Of a DNA stretch of 64,000 nucleotides, positions 1-13,136 are shown in pieces (positions within the stretch are counted from its first letter, which is position 1; each line of letters begins with the position of its first letter). Below the pieces are notes generated by a model. It saw only the letters and a list, made by a program, of their open reading frames with translations, had not been told where the DNA came from and ran no database searches. Source of the DNA: the human T2T-CHM13v2.0 reference genome, Homo sapiens. The stretch is from NCBI RefSeq assembly GCF_009914755.1, contig NC_060937.1; one strand, written 5' to 3'. The position numbers and the translations under genes are program-made.

Positions 1-208
1 GTACATTTTCTGTAAGATGATAGTGAAAACAGTACATCAAGAGAAAAATTTTCTTCTCTAGAGACTCATTCTCAGCATATTTGTTGTTTGAACTGTTTTT
101 AAATAAATCGGTTAACTGCAATGTTTGTAATTTTCAGTTTCTATTCTGGTGACAGTTTTTTTAAAAATGTGATTTTGAGTCAAGTTGTTTGAGAGGATAT
201 GGGTGCCA

Positions 209-818
209 CTAACATGAAGGCCGGGCTCAGAAGAGGATTCGGGCTAAGGCACTGAGTCGCTAACATGAAGGCCGGCCTCAGAAGAGGATTCGGGCTAAGG
301 CGCTGAGTCACTAACATGAAGGCCGGGCTCAGAAGAGGATTCGGGCTAAGGCGCTGAGTCACTAACGTGAAGGCTGGCCTCAGAAGAGGATTCGGGCTAA
401 GGCGCTGAGTCGCTAACGTGAAGGCCGGGCCCAGAAGAGGATTCGGGCTAAGGCGCTGAGTCGCTAACGTGAAGGCCGGGCCCAGAAGAGGATTCGGGCT
501 AAGGCGCTGAGTCGCTAACGTGAAGGCCGGGCCCAGAAGAGGATTCGGGCTAAGGCGCTGAGTCGCTAACGTGAAGGCCGGGCCCAGAAGAGGATTCGGG
601 CTAAGGCGCTGAGTCGCTAACGTGAAGGCCGGGCCCAGAAGAGGATTCGGGCTAAGGCGCTGAGTCGCTAACGTGAAGGCCGGGCCCAGAAGAGGATTCG
701 GGCTAAGGCGCTGAGTCGCTAACGTGAAGGCCGGGCCCAGAAGAGGATTCGGGCTAAGGCGCTGAGTCGCTAACGTGAAGGCCGGGCTCAGAAGAGGATT
801 CGGGCTAAGGCGCTGAGT
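209..818. repeat. Intronic minisatellite (VNTR), 51-bp unit x12, CpG-rich
   Basis: Unit CTAACGTGAAGGCCGGGCCCAGAAGAGGATTCGGGCTAAGGCGCTGAGTCG recurs every 51 bp from 209 to 770. Copies 5-11 are identical; edge copies are diverged. Confidence 0.97.
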
Positions 819-3097
819 TCCGTTTGGGGTTGCTGTGCATTTCAGTTGGAGATGTCACAGGGGAGGGTGGAAGCGGATACTGGGAGCTGCAGACTTCCCA
901 CCCGGCCTACTGCATGTGTGGGAAGAGGTGTGGCCCAGGTAAAGGTTAGGTTTGGATTGACAGCTCTCCTGGTCACCTGCCTCATGTTGCTTGCCCATGT
1001 CTGTCCCAGTGTCCTCATCTATAAAGCAGGGGTGCTGGTGTCACCCACCCAGAGTCTTGCGGAGGTAAAGTGGCCTGGTACTTACGGAACCATCTGCAAA
1101 TGCTCGGGGCCCTACTTGGCGTCTGGAGCTGAGTTCTCCTGCAGCCTCTGTTCTGCCAGGGCCCTCCCTGTGCACCATTTATAACTTCAGTTGTGAAAAT
1201 GTAACTTCGCACTGGCTTTGGAGGGCCCTGAGTGAGCTGGCTGGTGTTCGTGAAAGAAGATCTGTTTTCAGTCACATTGGTGAGGGACTTTTTTCCTCAC
1301 CCTTCCCATTTCTGCAGCTTTGTCTTCACTTGATTTCACTTTCTGCCCTTAAACTCGGGGACATTTTATGACTGTCTTTAACTGGGGGATATTTTTCCTG
1401 TGGAAGGTGGGGTCATGGTGCTTTCTTTTCAGTGCTGCGTTTCTCTTGGCTCTGTCGTTTGGGGATGTCTGACAGGCAGTTGACTAGCCATGGAATCAGG
1501 TTGGAAGTAGAGAATGATTTAATGAACTTCATGAATGGTGTAATGAATTGGTATGATATTTCATTCGTTGTCTGGATCTTTTTAATGTCGATATTTTAAT
1601 TATTTTTTTCCTAAAATAGCTGGAGGCAACTTATTTTTAACCGCCAGCTAGTTAAGCCATCATTGCCTGTATTTGGAATGGTAGAAAACAACCAAATGTG
1701 TCTTTAGTCTTATTCTTATCCTACACTAATCAGTTCCTTGATTAGTAGGCTGTAGCTATGGAGGAGGCGGTAGCTACGGCATAAACCAAAGAAGGCAGGA
1801 AGGTTTCACTTGGAAGGCGATGGAGAAATAGACCAAACGTTCAGGAAAGAAACATTTTGGATGATTAAGGAAGCTTTATAAATGGCATGTAGGGAGGCAC
1901 AGTGATTGGAACTGCGGGCGCTTTGATGTTTTTAGCCACCATGCCTTCTTTCATAGAGGGTTACCTATGGCATGTTCTCCCTGCCCACACTCAGGTTCTG
2001 TCCTGAGCCTGCTCCGGTTCTCAGTTGATGCAGTATGGGCTCCACCATCCCTGGTCTTTCAGTGTCACAACCAGTTGTTAGCTCCTGCCTCTGAAGTCAG
2101 CCTTTCTGGATCAGATCTTTCTTGATTGTTCAGCTTGTCTTTTCGTGTTTGTGCCGATCTCTGTGGAGACCTTTAGTTGGCGTGCTTCAGGAATTCACTG
2201 GCATCTCCTCCTTCCTCCTCTTCCCTGCTCACTCGCTCTCTTCGTATTACCCACCTGTTGATTTCTTTTTAGAAACCTTTAGTGTATCTTTAACTCTTCC
2301 TTTTCCCCCACCTTGAATCATTTGCCGAGCTACCTCTTCTGTGCCTGACCTGTCCTGAACGCTGTAGTTCAGGTCTTGTGGGTTTTCATGGTGTCTGTGC
2401 GCTAACCTAACTGGGCCCTGACTTCTAGTTGGCTCCTGTTCTGTCCAGCTTCTCCACCAGCACTGGTCCTCCTGAAATGGTTCATCCCAGAAACTGGGGG
2501 TGACACCGCTTTATTCATTTATTCACCAGCTGGTCTTCAAGACGTTTGGACAGGACCTGTTAAAATTGTGGCAATTTTTGCTTCTTGAAAACAGCTAATT
2601 TAGATTGGTTCCAAAGTTGTAATAATCTACAGATGTCCCTCTACAGATTGGACCTCCTTTTTGGCCTCTGTCCTCAGGCCTTGGCTTATGAGCCTTTCTT
2701 GTTGCTGCCTGGTGGGGCTGAAAGTGGGATTTTCCCCCCACCCAGCTCTCCTTACTATTCCCTTTGTTTGGAATCACTTCTGCTTATCTTCTTACTAAAA
2801 TCCTACTTAATCCTTCAGTCCCAGTGAACATACCAATTCTTAGTACAGCCTTCCCTTTGTCTCTTGTGTTTTGATTGAATGTATGTCTTGATTTTATTTT
2901 AATGGTAAATGCCTTTCAATGTATTACAGACATCAGTAGACTGAGTTCCCATTTGTTGACTTGTATATGATAGGACTTCAGTGTAGTGTATCAAAGAAAA
3001 TATCCAATGTGTTTATAAGTATTTAATGTAATTGTTATAATAGTTAAATATCATGTAATGATTTTGTTCAAAAGTTAATTATAAAGCCTAAGATAAT

Positions 3098-6000
3098 AGG
3101 GAGGAGGTGGAGCAAGATAGCCAAATAGAAACCTCCACTGATTGTCCTCCCCACAGGAACACCAAATTGAACAACTCTCCACACGAAGAAATACCTTCTT
3201 AAGAATCAGAATCAGGTGAGTGATCACGGTGCCTGGTTCTAACTTCATATCACTGAAGGAGAAACTGAAGAGGGTAGGAAAGACAGTCTTAAATTGCTGA
3301 TACTACTGCTCCCTCAACTTCGGCAGCAGCCACGTAGCACAGAGAGAAAACCTGTGCACTTCGGAGAGGGGGAGGGCTCAGTAGTTGTGAGACTTTGTAT
3401 TGGAACTCAGTGCTGCCCTGTCACAGTGGAAAGCAACATTGGGCACAGAGGTAGCATTTAGACCAGTCCTAGCCAGAAGGCTAGTCCCTGGTCCCAGCAG
3501 TTGGAACCTGAGTTCTGGCAGGCCCCGCCACTGTGGGCTAAAATGACCTGGGGTTCTAAATAAACTTGAAAGAGAGTCTAGGCCACAAGGACTGCACTTC
3601 CTGGCTAAGACCTAGTGTTGTGCTGGGGCTCTGAGCCAGTGGCCTTGGGGGGCCTGCAACCTAGTGAGACCTCAGCCGGGGCAGCCAAGGGAGGCCTTGC
3701 ACCACCCTCCCACAGCCACAGGCAGTGCAGCCTGCAGCTCCAGGAGAGACTCCTCCCACAACCACAGGCAGTGCAGCCTGCAGCTCCAGGAGAGACTCCT
3801 CCCACAACCACAGGCAGTGCAGCCTGCAGCTCCAGGAGAGGCTCCTCCCACAACCACAGGCAGTGCAGCCTGCAGCTCCAGTGAGACTCCTCCCACAACC
3901 ACAGGCAGTGCAGCCTGCACCTCCAGGAGAGACTCCTTCCTTCTGCTAGAGAATAAGAGGAGAGGAAAGACGGCTTTGTCTTGCAGCTTGGATACCAGCT
4001 CAGCCACAGCAGGATAGAGCATCAGGCAGAACCCTGAGGCTCCCGGACGACATTTATAGACATACCTTGGACCAAAAGGGAACCCACTGCTTGGAAGGGA
4101 AGCACCCAGTTCCTGTCAGGATCCATCATCTGCTGACTAAAGAGTCCTTGGGCCCTGAGTAATCAGCAGTGGTACCCAGGCAGAACTCACCATGGGTCTT
4201 GCATGAGACTCAAAGACGAGCTGGCTTCAAATGTGACCCAGAGCACATTCCCAGCTGTGGTGGCTACAGGGAGGGACTCCTGCTTGAGAAAAGGAGAGGA
4301 GACTTTGTCTTGCAGCGTAGGTATCTGCCCAGCCACAGTGAGGTGGAACATCAAGTGGGCTCTTGGGAGTCCCCAGTTTCAGGCCTTGGCTGTTAGACAT
4401 GATTTCGGGACCTGCTGTGGGCTAGAAGGCAGCCCACTGCTCTGAAAGGAGAGTCTCAGGCCTGGTGGCATTCACCACAAACTGACTGAAGAGTCCTTGG
4501 GCCTTGAAGGAACATTAGCAATAAACAGGCAGTACTTGCTGCAGGCCCGGTGGTGGCTACAGGGAGAGGTTTCCTGCTTATGGAAAAGGGGAGTGAAGAG
4601 TGGGAAGGACTTTTTCATGTGGCTTGGGTGCCACAAGAAATATTCAACTGCAGTAGAATAGTGCACCAGCTAGATTCCTAAGGTTTCAGCTTCCGGGCTC
4701 TGGCTCGCAGATGGCATCTCTAGACCTGCCCGGAGCCAAGGAGAACTCACCGTCCTGAAGGAAAGGACACGTGCCCATCTGGCTTTGCCACCTGCCGATT
4801 GTAGTGCCCCAGGGTCTTGAGCAAACATAGGCAGTAGTTAGGAAGTGGTTACCATGGGCCTTGGGTGCAGTCCAGTGCTTTGCTGGCTTCAGGTGTGAAC
4901 CAGTGCAGTCCCAATGGTGGTGACTACAGGGGTATTGTGTCATCCTTCTCTAGCTCCAGCTACTCATCTCACACACACACACCCCTCTCTCTGTCTTTCT
5001 CTCTCTCTGTTTGGGAGAGAGTAAGGGAAGAGAGCAAAGAGTCTCTGCCTAGTAATTGAAAATTCTTCTGGATTTTGTTCAAGAACACCGTGGTGGTTCC
5101 TATGTGAATCAGCAAGAGTCACAGCATTACTGCGTGTGGGGTGCCCCAATTTAATGCAGATACAGCTGCAGTGAGACCAAAAACTTAAATTGCAACACCC
5201 AAGTCCCTTTGAATACTGGAAAGCCTTCCCAAGAAGGATGGGTACAAACAAGCCTAGGCTGTGAAGACTACAATAAACACCTAGCTCTTCAACGCCCAGT
5301 GCCCAGACACTGACAAACATCCACAAGCATGAAGTCCATCCAGGAAAACAGGAACTCGCCAAATAAAGCTACCAGTAAACAATTCTGGAGAGACAGATAT
5401 GTGACCTTTCAGACAGAGAATTAAAAAGTAGCTATTTTGAGGAAACAATGAAATTCAAGATGACACAGAGAAGGAAATCAGAATCCTATCAGATAAATTT
5501 AAAGAGATTGAAATATGAAAGAATCAAGCAGAAATTCTGGAGTTGAAAAATGTAGTTGACGTACTGAAAAATGCATCAAAGTCTCTTAGCAGAATTGATC
5601 AAGCAGAGGAAAGAATTAGTGAGCTTGAAGACAGGCCATCTAAAAATACACAGAAGAGACTAAAGAAAGAATCAAAAACAATGAAGCATGCCTACAAGAT
5701 GTAGAAAATAGCCCCAAAAGGGCAAATCCAGGAGTTATTGGCCTTAAGGAGGAAGTAAAGAGAGACATAGGGGTAGAAAGTTTATTCAAAGAGATAACAG
5801 ATAGCTTCCCAAACAGAGAGAAAGGTATCAATATTCAAGTACAAGAAGGTTATATTAATAAAACACGAAGTAGATTTAACCCGTAGAAGACTACCTTATG
5901 GGATTTAATAAGCAAACTCCCATAGGTCAATGATGAAGAAAGGATCCTAAAAGCAGAGAGAGAAACAAATACCATACAAAGATGCTCCAGTACATCTGGC

Positions 6001-7925
6001 AGCAGACTTCTCAGTGGAAAGCTTCCAGGCCAGGAGACTGTGGGCCTGACATATTTAAATTGCTGAAAGCAAAACCTTTTATCCTAGGATAGTATATCTA
6101 GCAAAAATATTCTTCAAACATGAAGGAGAAATAAAAACTTTCCCAAACAAAAGTTGAGGGATTTTATTAACACCAGCCCTGTTCTACAAGAAATGCTAAA
6201 GGGAGTTCTTCAATCTGAAAGAAAATAATGTTAGTGAGCAATAAGAAATCACCTGAAGGTACAAAACTCACTGGTAATAGTACTCAGAAGAATACAGAAT
6301 AGTATAACACTATGTGTAAACTACTCATATCTTGAGTAGAAAGGTTAAAAGATGAACTGATAAAAAACTACAAGTTTTCAAGACAGTACAGTAAGATATA
6401 AGTAGAAACAACAAAAAGTTAAAAAGCACAAGGACAAAGTTAAAGTGTAGAGTTTTTAATTAATGTTCTGTTTCCTTGCTTGTTACATTGTTTACACAAT
6501 CAATGTTGTCATTTAAAAATAATGGGTTTTATTATTTGGAAGTCCATGGTAACCTCAAATTAAGAAACATACAATAGATCCATAAAAAATAAAAAGCAAG
6601 AAATTAAAACATAAAACCAGAGAGAATCACCTTTACTAAAAGGAAGACAGGAAGGAAAAAAGGAAGAGAAGATTGCAAAACAAGAAAACAAATGACAAAA
6701 TGGCAAGAGTAAGTCCATGGTTATGAATAATAACATTGAACTTAAATGAACTAAACTCTGCAATCAAGAGCCGTAGAGTGGCTGAATGGATTAAAAAAAA
6801 CCAAAAAGACAAAAAACCCAATGATCTATAAAGACACCTATAGACTGGAAATAAAGGAATGGAAAAAGATATTCCATGCAAATAGGAACCAAAAAGAGCA
6901 GGAGTAGCTAGACTTATATCAAACAAAATAGATTTCAAGACAAAAGCTAGAGACAAAGAAAGTCATTATATAATGATAAAGGGGTCAATTCAGCAAGAGG
7001 ATATAGCAGTTGTAAATATGCATCCAACATTGGAGCACCCAGATAATATAAAGCAAGTATTATTAGAACTAAAGATAAACCCCAATACAATAATAGCTAG
7101 AGATGTCAACACACCACTTTCAGCACTGGACAGATCTTTGATACAGAAAAGCAACAAAGACACTTGACTTTATCTGTACTTTAGAACAAATCAATCTAAA
7201 GATACTTACAGAACATTTCCTCTAGTGGCTTCAGAATGCACATTCTTTTCTTAGCACATGGATCATTCTTAAGGATCATCTATATTAAGCACAAAACAAG
7301 TCTTAAAATTTTTTTAAAAATGAGATTCATCTCTTAAAAAAATATAATTTTATCAAGATTCTTCTGACCACAATGGAATAAAACTAGAAATCAATAATGA
7401 GGAATTTTGGAAACTATGCAGACACATGGAAATTAAACAGTGTGCTCCTGAATGACCAGTGGGTCAATGAAGAAATTAAGAAAATTAAAAAATTTCTTGA
7501 AACAAGTGATCGTGGAAACACAGCATACCAAAACCTATGGGGTACAGCAAAAGCTGTATTAAGAGGAAGTTTGTAGCTGTAAGCAACTACATCAAAAAGT
7601 AGAAAAACTTCAAATAAACAACCTTAATGATGCATCTTAACAAGAAAAGCAGGAGCAAACCAAACCCAAAATTGTAGAAGGAAAATAATAAAGATTACAG
7701 TGGAAGTAAATGAATTTGAAATATTACAAAAGATCGATGAAACCAAAAGTGGCTTTTTTGAAAAAATAAAATTGACAAACCTTTAGTCAGACTAAGAAAA
7801 AAGAGAAGACCCAAATAAATAATTTTTCTTTTTCGTTTCTGATTTTAAAACTGATACTGCAGAAATTCAGACTCACTAGAGGCTACTGTGAACAACTGTA
7901 TGCCAGTAAATTGGAGAACTTAGAA
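3098..7925 (+). mobile_element. Old LINE-1 (L1M/L1MA/L1PB-type) with 5'UTR, degenerate ORF1 and the endonuclease part of ORF2; 3' part absent
   Basis: Starts with an L1-type 5' end (GGAGGTGGAGCAAGATAGCCAAATAG). A-rich decayed ORF1 at ~5300-6230. ORF2-like start ATGGCAAGAGTAAGTCC...AGAGTGGCTGAATGGATTAAAA at ~6700. ORF 6973-7167 (IKGSIQQEDI...TPLSALDRS) matches L1 endonuclease motifs. Similarity ends at ~7925. Confidence 0.9.
3706..3938. repeat. Minisatellite, 46-bp unit x~5, inside the L1 5'UTR
   Basis: CCTCCCACAACCACAGGCAGTGCAGCCTGCAGCTCCAGGAGAGACT; ACCACAGG recurs at 3761, 3807, 3853 and 3898. Confidence 0.93.
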
Positions 7926-7987
7926 GCTTTGGTAGTCAACAAGAGAGACCTGCCAGAGGTCATGTGGTTACAGGGGCCCCGTGTCCC

Positions 7988-8016
7988 TGTGTGTGTGTGT
8001 GCGTGTGTGTGTGTGT
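7988..8016. repeat. (TG)n microsatellite, interrupted once
   Basis: TGTGTGTGTGTGTGCGTGTGTGTGTGTGT read directly. Confidence 0.9.
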
Positions 8017-9800
8017 CTATCTCCACCCTGAGTGGGAGCAGGAGGCTACTTGTGAAGTCTCATCTCTGAAGGCCATCTGTTGATCACGACAGGCTGCTGG
8101 GTTCCTTGCGGCTGGAGATGTGTATGGAGGTTCCCCCAGCACATTGCTCTGTCTTCATGGGCATCTCAGTTTCCATCTGAAATCACTTGTTGATGAACTG
8201 AGAACCATTCCTCTGTCTAGTTAGCAGTATCACTAGGAGTAAACATGTTACGGGGGAAACTGCTTAGCATTTGATTTCTCAAGTGTTTTTTCTGAGACCC
8301 AGTAATCTTCTGGGTAAGGAAAAAAAACCCTTGGGTACCCCCTTTCACCTTGTGCTGTTGCTGTTACTGTGAAGATGTAGATGGTATGTGTGACTCTAGC
8401 TGTCATCAGATCATTCATGGACACAATGCAACATCACACCTGTTAGATTATGGCTTTGGTTCTGCCAGGAGGCCTGGTGGGAGCAGCTGGCATGATGCGT
8501 GCTGCCTCTCATGACTCATGTGCACCATCCTGCTGCCCAAGGCCTTGATGTAGCCCCTGTGGGGTGCCCTGTCTGCATGTTATCACACTCTGAAGAGCAG
8601 CCTATGGAGCACAAGAGAGAACCGAGGGGAACATCCCCTCCTTTAATTCTGAACTCATATTCTGTAATGGTGATTTCTGTGAGTCTGGCTGGTTGTCGTG
8701 TGAATTCAGGTGTCTAGGCAGCGTTATGTGTGGAATATGTTGGCACGTTATGCTCGAGTCCTAGGGCTCAGCTGACCTTTATGAGCTTTATCTGCTACTG
8801 AATTAATGAACAAGGGCTTTATCAGCCATGAAACTTTGGTGATGGCAGTGACAGAAAATTCTTGGGAGAATTGGTCTGGGACTGAAAGAGGTAATAAAAA
8901 TCTAGAGCCTAGGCTCAGTGCGGTGAATTAAATAGGAAAAACCACTCGTACCGTGAATTGTTCGTTTATAAGCTATGCTGAAATATGACTTAATTTTCAT
9001 TAATTGATGAAATATCAGAAATGAAAATCAGTTTATCCAGATTTCCTTTTCTGAATGGATCGGGGCTGTGGCACTGGACCAGGTAGGAGATGAAATCTTA
9101 GCATAGCCCATGGCCCAGCACTGAGCAGTATTTCTGCAATCCTAAGAATTTAACCCATTGTGGGTAGCACATATCCAATAACTTTCCTGTGCCACATCTC
9201 TGGCAGTGTTTTCTGTGCGTATACCTTTGGCATTCCATCATTACCCAGTGCTCTTCAGTCCTCCTAGTGAGGCATGCAGGGTCCTGTCATTCTAGAAGCC
9301 CGCCTCTTCCTGATATTTCACTGTGTCTCTGAGGATGAACATCACCTGCTCAGATGTCAGAAGATTCTCAAAACCTGTGTGTCTTAAAGGGCGTGTTCTT
9401 CCTCCTCTGTAGGCTGGCAGCAGTTTGTAGCTCCTGTCACTGAGACTACATAATTGTCTTCAGTTTACTTTTGTACAAAATGATAGAACTCACTTTAAGG
9501 TAGAGACTGTTTCTTACCCTGTTTTTAATCTGTTCCCAGTGCCTTGTAATGGTGCTGCATACATATAGTAGTTGAAATTAATTTGAGTCAGTGACTACCC
9601 TGCAAATGGACAGAACTGTGGCTAATCCCGGTAGGTTGTGGAAACCCCGCTTAGCTGTTCACAGTTGGAAATGGGTCTGCAGCAGTGCAGATGCTAGCTT
9701 ACTTTGCCTTCTGTTGTGTTTTAATAAACTAAACAGTAAAGCACCATAATAACTGCATGACACATTCAGGATTTGGAAACATGGCTTGGATGAATTAGAC

Positions 9801-9995
9801 CAGTGTTGTTGAGAGCTTGCATTGATGGAAACATGCTGTATCTGCTAGACAAATTTCAGTAGCCTCTAGCCACGTGGGGCTGTGAAGCTCTGGAAATGAG
9901 ATTAACGCAACTGAAGAACTGAATTTTTAATTTTTTTAAAAAATTTAGTTAACCTTACTTGAAATAGCTGCAGGTGGCTAGTGGCTGTTGGATTT
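9801..9995 (+). mobile_element. MER3-like hAT-Charlie DNA transposon (MITE) relic
   Basis: GATGGAAACATGCTGTATCTG...GTAGCCTCTAGCCACGTG...ACTGAAGAACTGAATTTTTAATTT...GGTGGCTAGTGGCT follows the MER3 consensus layout, including its internal inverted repeat. Confidence 0.75.
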
Positions 9996-10545
9996 GAGGG
10001 TAAAGAAGCATGGTAGAGAAGGCAGGTGGGACAGCCTCCCATCTGCGCAGAGATCTATATGTCACCGCCACCGACAGGAAGACTTGTGCATCCTAACCCT
10101 TAGCCTCCTTGTGCTGTGGGCAAGGTCCCTGCTGTTGCAGACCCCACTAAATTCCCAGTCCGTGCAGGTAACTGTTGTGCTTCTGTGAGCCCCCGCCAGT
10201 ACTCTGGGTGGGGACATGTCTTGCTCAGACAGAGATCAAAGGAGAGCTAAGAGAGGGAGAGAGATGGACAGTTAAATATTGAAGGAGGGCGTTGGCCTTT
10301 TTTTACACAGCACAGGGAAGAGACTAGTATGTGGAGGGAGCACTTACATTTGGTAGATGTTCTTACACAGATCAGCCACCTGAACGTGTGTGGGATATTT
10401 TTATTACCTATATTTTACATTTCTATTGTCTGTATTATTTACCGTAACTACATTTGACATCTACATATTGCTATGTTTTAGAAGCAGAGGTTTATTTTCA
10501 CCTCTTTCCTGAAGGCCATGTTTTATAAAACTGACATGTTATCTA

Positions 10546-10737
<192 letters not shown>

Positions 10738-11227
10738 AAGACCCATTGTGCTGGGAATGCTTGAGTCTGAGGAGAGAAAACGGTGGGTGGTGGGATTTGG
10801 CACCTCTGTCACAGCGTTACTTCCTGTGCTTTTCTGTCTCCACAGCTATTATAGGACGTACTGATAACAGCTCAGTAAATTTTCTTAAATTGATGAGAAC
10901 AGGAACAGTCTTTTTGAGCCTCGGTTAACAGTTACTAAGAAATGAATAAAAAATGGTTGAAAAACAGGGAGAAGACCAAGTTAGCATAAATTTTGAGTGC
11001 TCTGTGTTTTGAACATGAGGTTTTTCCTAATACTTGTGACTTGCTGATTCTCCTGACTATGACTTTCTCCAGCCAGTACTTAGCCGCGGAGCGGAAAGCA
11101 GTGCTCATGAAGGTGGAGGCACACCCAGAGACTGCATGGAGGTGGAACCGGGAAGTCCGGGGTCTGAGGTCCTGCCTGCAGGGTTGAAAGGCATGCCTGC
11201 CAGCAGACACATTTGGGAGCCAGAGTG

Positions 11228-11540
11228 TGCTGTGGTCTGAATGTGTTTCCCCAGATCATCTGTTACTACAGATGATCACCAATTGGATGGTATTAAAAGG
11301 TGGGCCTTGGAGGTGGGTAGGTTGTGAGGATGCAGCCCTCATGAATAGGATCAGCAGCCTTGTAACAGCTGTGAGGGAGCTGTTTTGCCCCTTCCCCGCT
11401 GTGAGGATGCAATAGGGGACCACCTGCGGGTGCCTTGATCTTAGGCTTCCAACCTCCAGAGCTGTGGGCAGTGCATTTCTGTTGTTGGAAAATTACCCAG
11501 TCCGCGGTGTTCTGTTCCCAGCAGGGGCGGACTGAGGCCG
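11228..11540 (+). mobile_element. MaLR solo LTR (MLT1A/MST-like)
   Basis: TGCTGTGGTCTGAATGTGTTTCCCC start; GCCCTCATGAATAGGATCAG; GCCTTGATCTTAGGCTTCCAACCTCCAGAGCTGTG; CATTTCTGTTG...ACCCAGTC. Confidence 0.75.
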
Positions 11541-13136
11541 TGTGCTTATCGGTGGGGACAGCAGAGCAGAAGCAGTGTCCCCATGAGTTGTAGGCCTGGA
11601 CCTTAGACCCAGGCTCCAGCCACCTTTGTGTTGGATGCTGACGTCTTTCATTTTTTTTTGCATTCCTCTGTCATTTTGGTCACGTACCTGCTCTGGGAAC
11701 TTCCCGAGGAGCAAGTGCATGCCAGGCAGTTAATCCATGTGAATGCTCACGGTTGACTCAGATGGAGACAGTTAGAGGAAGCGATTTCCACCCCCGTTTC
11801 AAGGGGTGCTTCAGTGTTTCTGGGCTCTGGTGCTGAGGAGCCCCATGCTGTTCCTCATTCTCGGTGTGAACAGGTGTTTCTCACTCAGAGCTCTTCGCAT
11901 CCTTGTTTCTGGGCTTCTGAATGACTCTGCTGTTGTCTGGGGCCTCGGTCTTCTTTTGGCCTGTGTCGACGCTCGTGGACACCTTCGCTCTTGTGCCTTG
12001 CACTCTTTCTGTTTAGTCGTGTGATGATTTCTTTGATTGACTTCTGCTTATATTTTTGGTTTTCTGTATCATGAACTTTTATTCTGATGTGGAATGACTA
12101 TCATATTTCCTTTTTCTCCTTTGCTCCTTCATTCCCCTTTTTTTAGGCAAATGTATTTGTCCTTTCATGCCTTCTTATAATTAAGGTTGGCACACTAAAA
12201 GCACTTTGGAAGTGCTGTCCGAGAGTTGGGACTGGTTGACTCTTGTTTTCTGTAGGAATCCCTGGTGTTCATGTTTTTGGTCACTTTTTCTCTGGCTCCC
12301 ATTCCCTAGGTAGGAGGATGTAATCCTTCTGGTAATATTGTGGGTATCTGGGGAGCAAAGACACCCTGGGGTGCAGGGAAGGTGGTAAGAGTTCACGTGG
12401 TTCTCCTGTTTTCAGCACACGTGCCCCTGCTCCGGGTTGTTGCTGTTGTCCTTCAGAAACTCTGAGGTCTGGAGAGGTGAGCGTGTACCCCGTTAGGCAC
12501 ACCCAACACTGAGGCGGCACCACCAGGGGCCCTGATGCCCACAGCTTGTGCCGACTTGTCACCCCTCATGCAGCTTCCAGTGCTGGTTCTGGTAGTCTCT
12601 TCCTCATTCTTTTTGTTCTCATGAGTTTATGCTTCTTGGAAAAGCCTGTTAACTGTCAGGATGCTGTGGATCTGGGGAGGAGAGGCACCTGATAGGTGGG
12701 CTTGCTTTCTAGTCTCTAACCTGAAGGGAAAGGCGGTTTTTGTATTTTTTGTTAGTCTTGATGTTGCTGCTTTGGTAGAAAACCTCACAGACTGAATAAC
12801 CACATTCAATAATTCTCCTTATTTTATGCAAAGCTGAAGGCTCTGTGACATCTGTTTTTCTCACTGCCCAAAGAACTTGGGCCTGAGGGTTGGTTGGGAT
12901 GCTGTGCAGTCTGAATGCTGCTGGAGAGGACCTGGCAGCACAGCTGCTTTCTGGGCGCCCCTTCTCCTTGCTAGACTCAAGGCAGCAACACATGTGTGCT
13001 GGGATCGGGGCCTCTGGTTTTCACAGATGGGTGCAGAGGGAGGTTTTCCTTACTCAGAGTATTATATGTCTGTCAGTTAGCAGTTGTCCTGTCTGTAAAA
13101 CTGATGACTATTTCCCTTTGTGTTGCATTTCTCCAG

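Noticed and set aside
209-818. CRISPR-like appearance of the regular arrays (also 52845-53939 and 55544-56980)
   Set aside because: The units are head-to-tail with no unique spacers, no cas genes are present, and the DNA is primate (Alu, L1, spliced gene).
1749-1780. 11-bp hairpin GCTGTAGCTAT/GTAGCTACGGC
   Set aside because: Too short for a pre-miRNA, no snoRNA or tRNA motifs, and compatible with chance.
5300-7925. L1 ORF1/ORF2 as active genes
   Set aside because: Many stops and frameshifts, and the RT domain and 3' end are missing.
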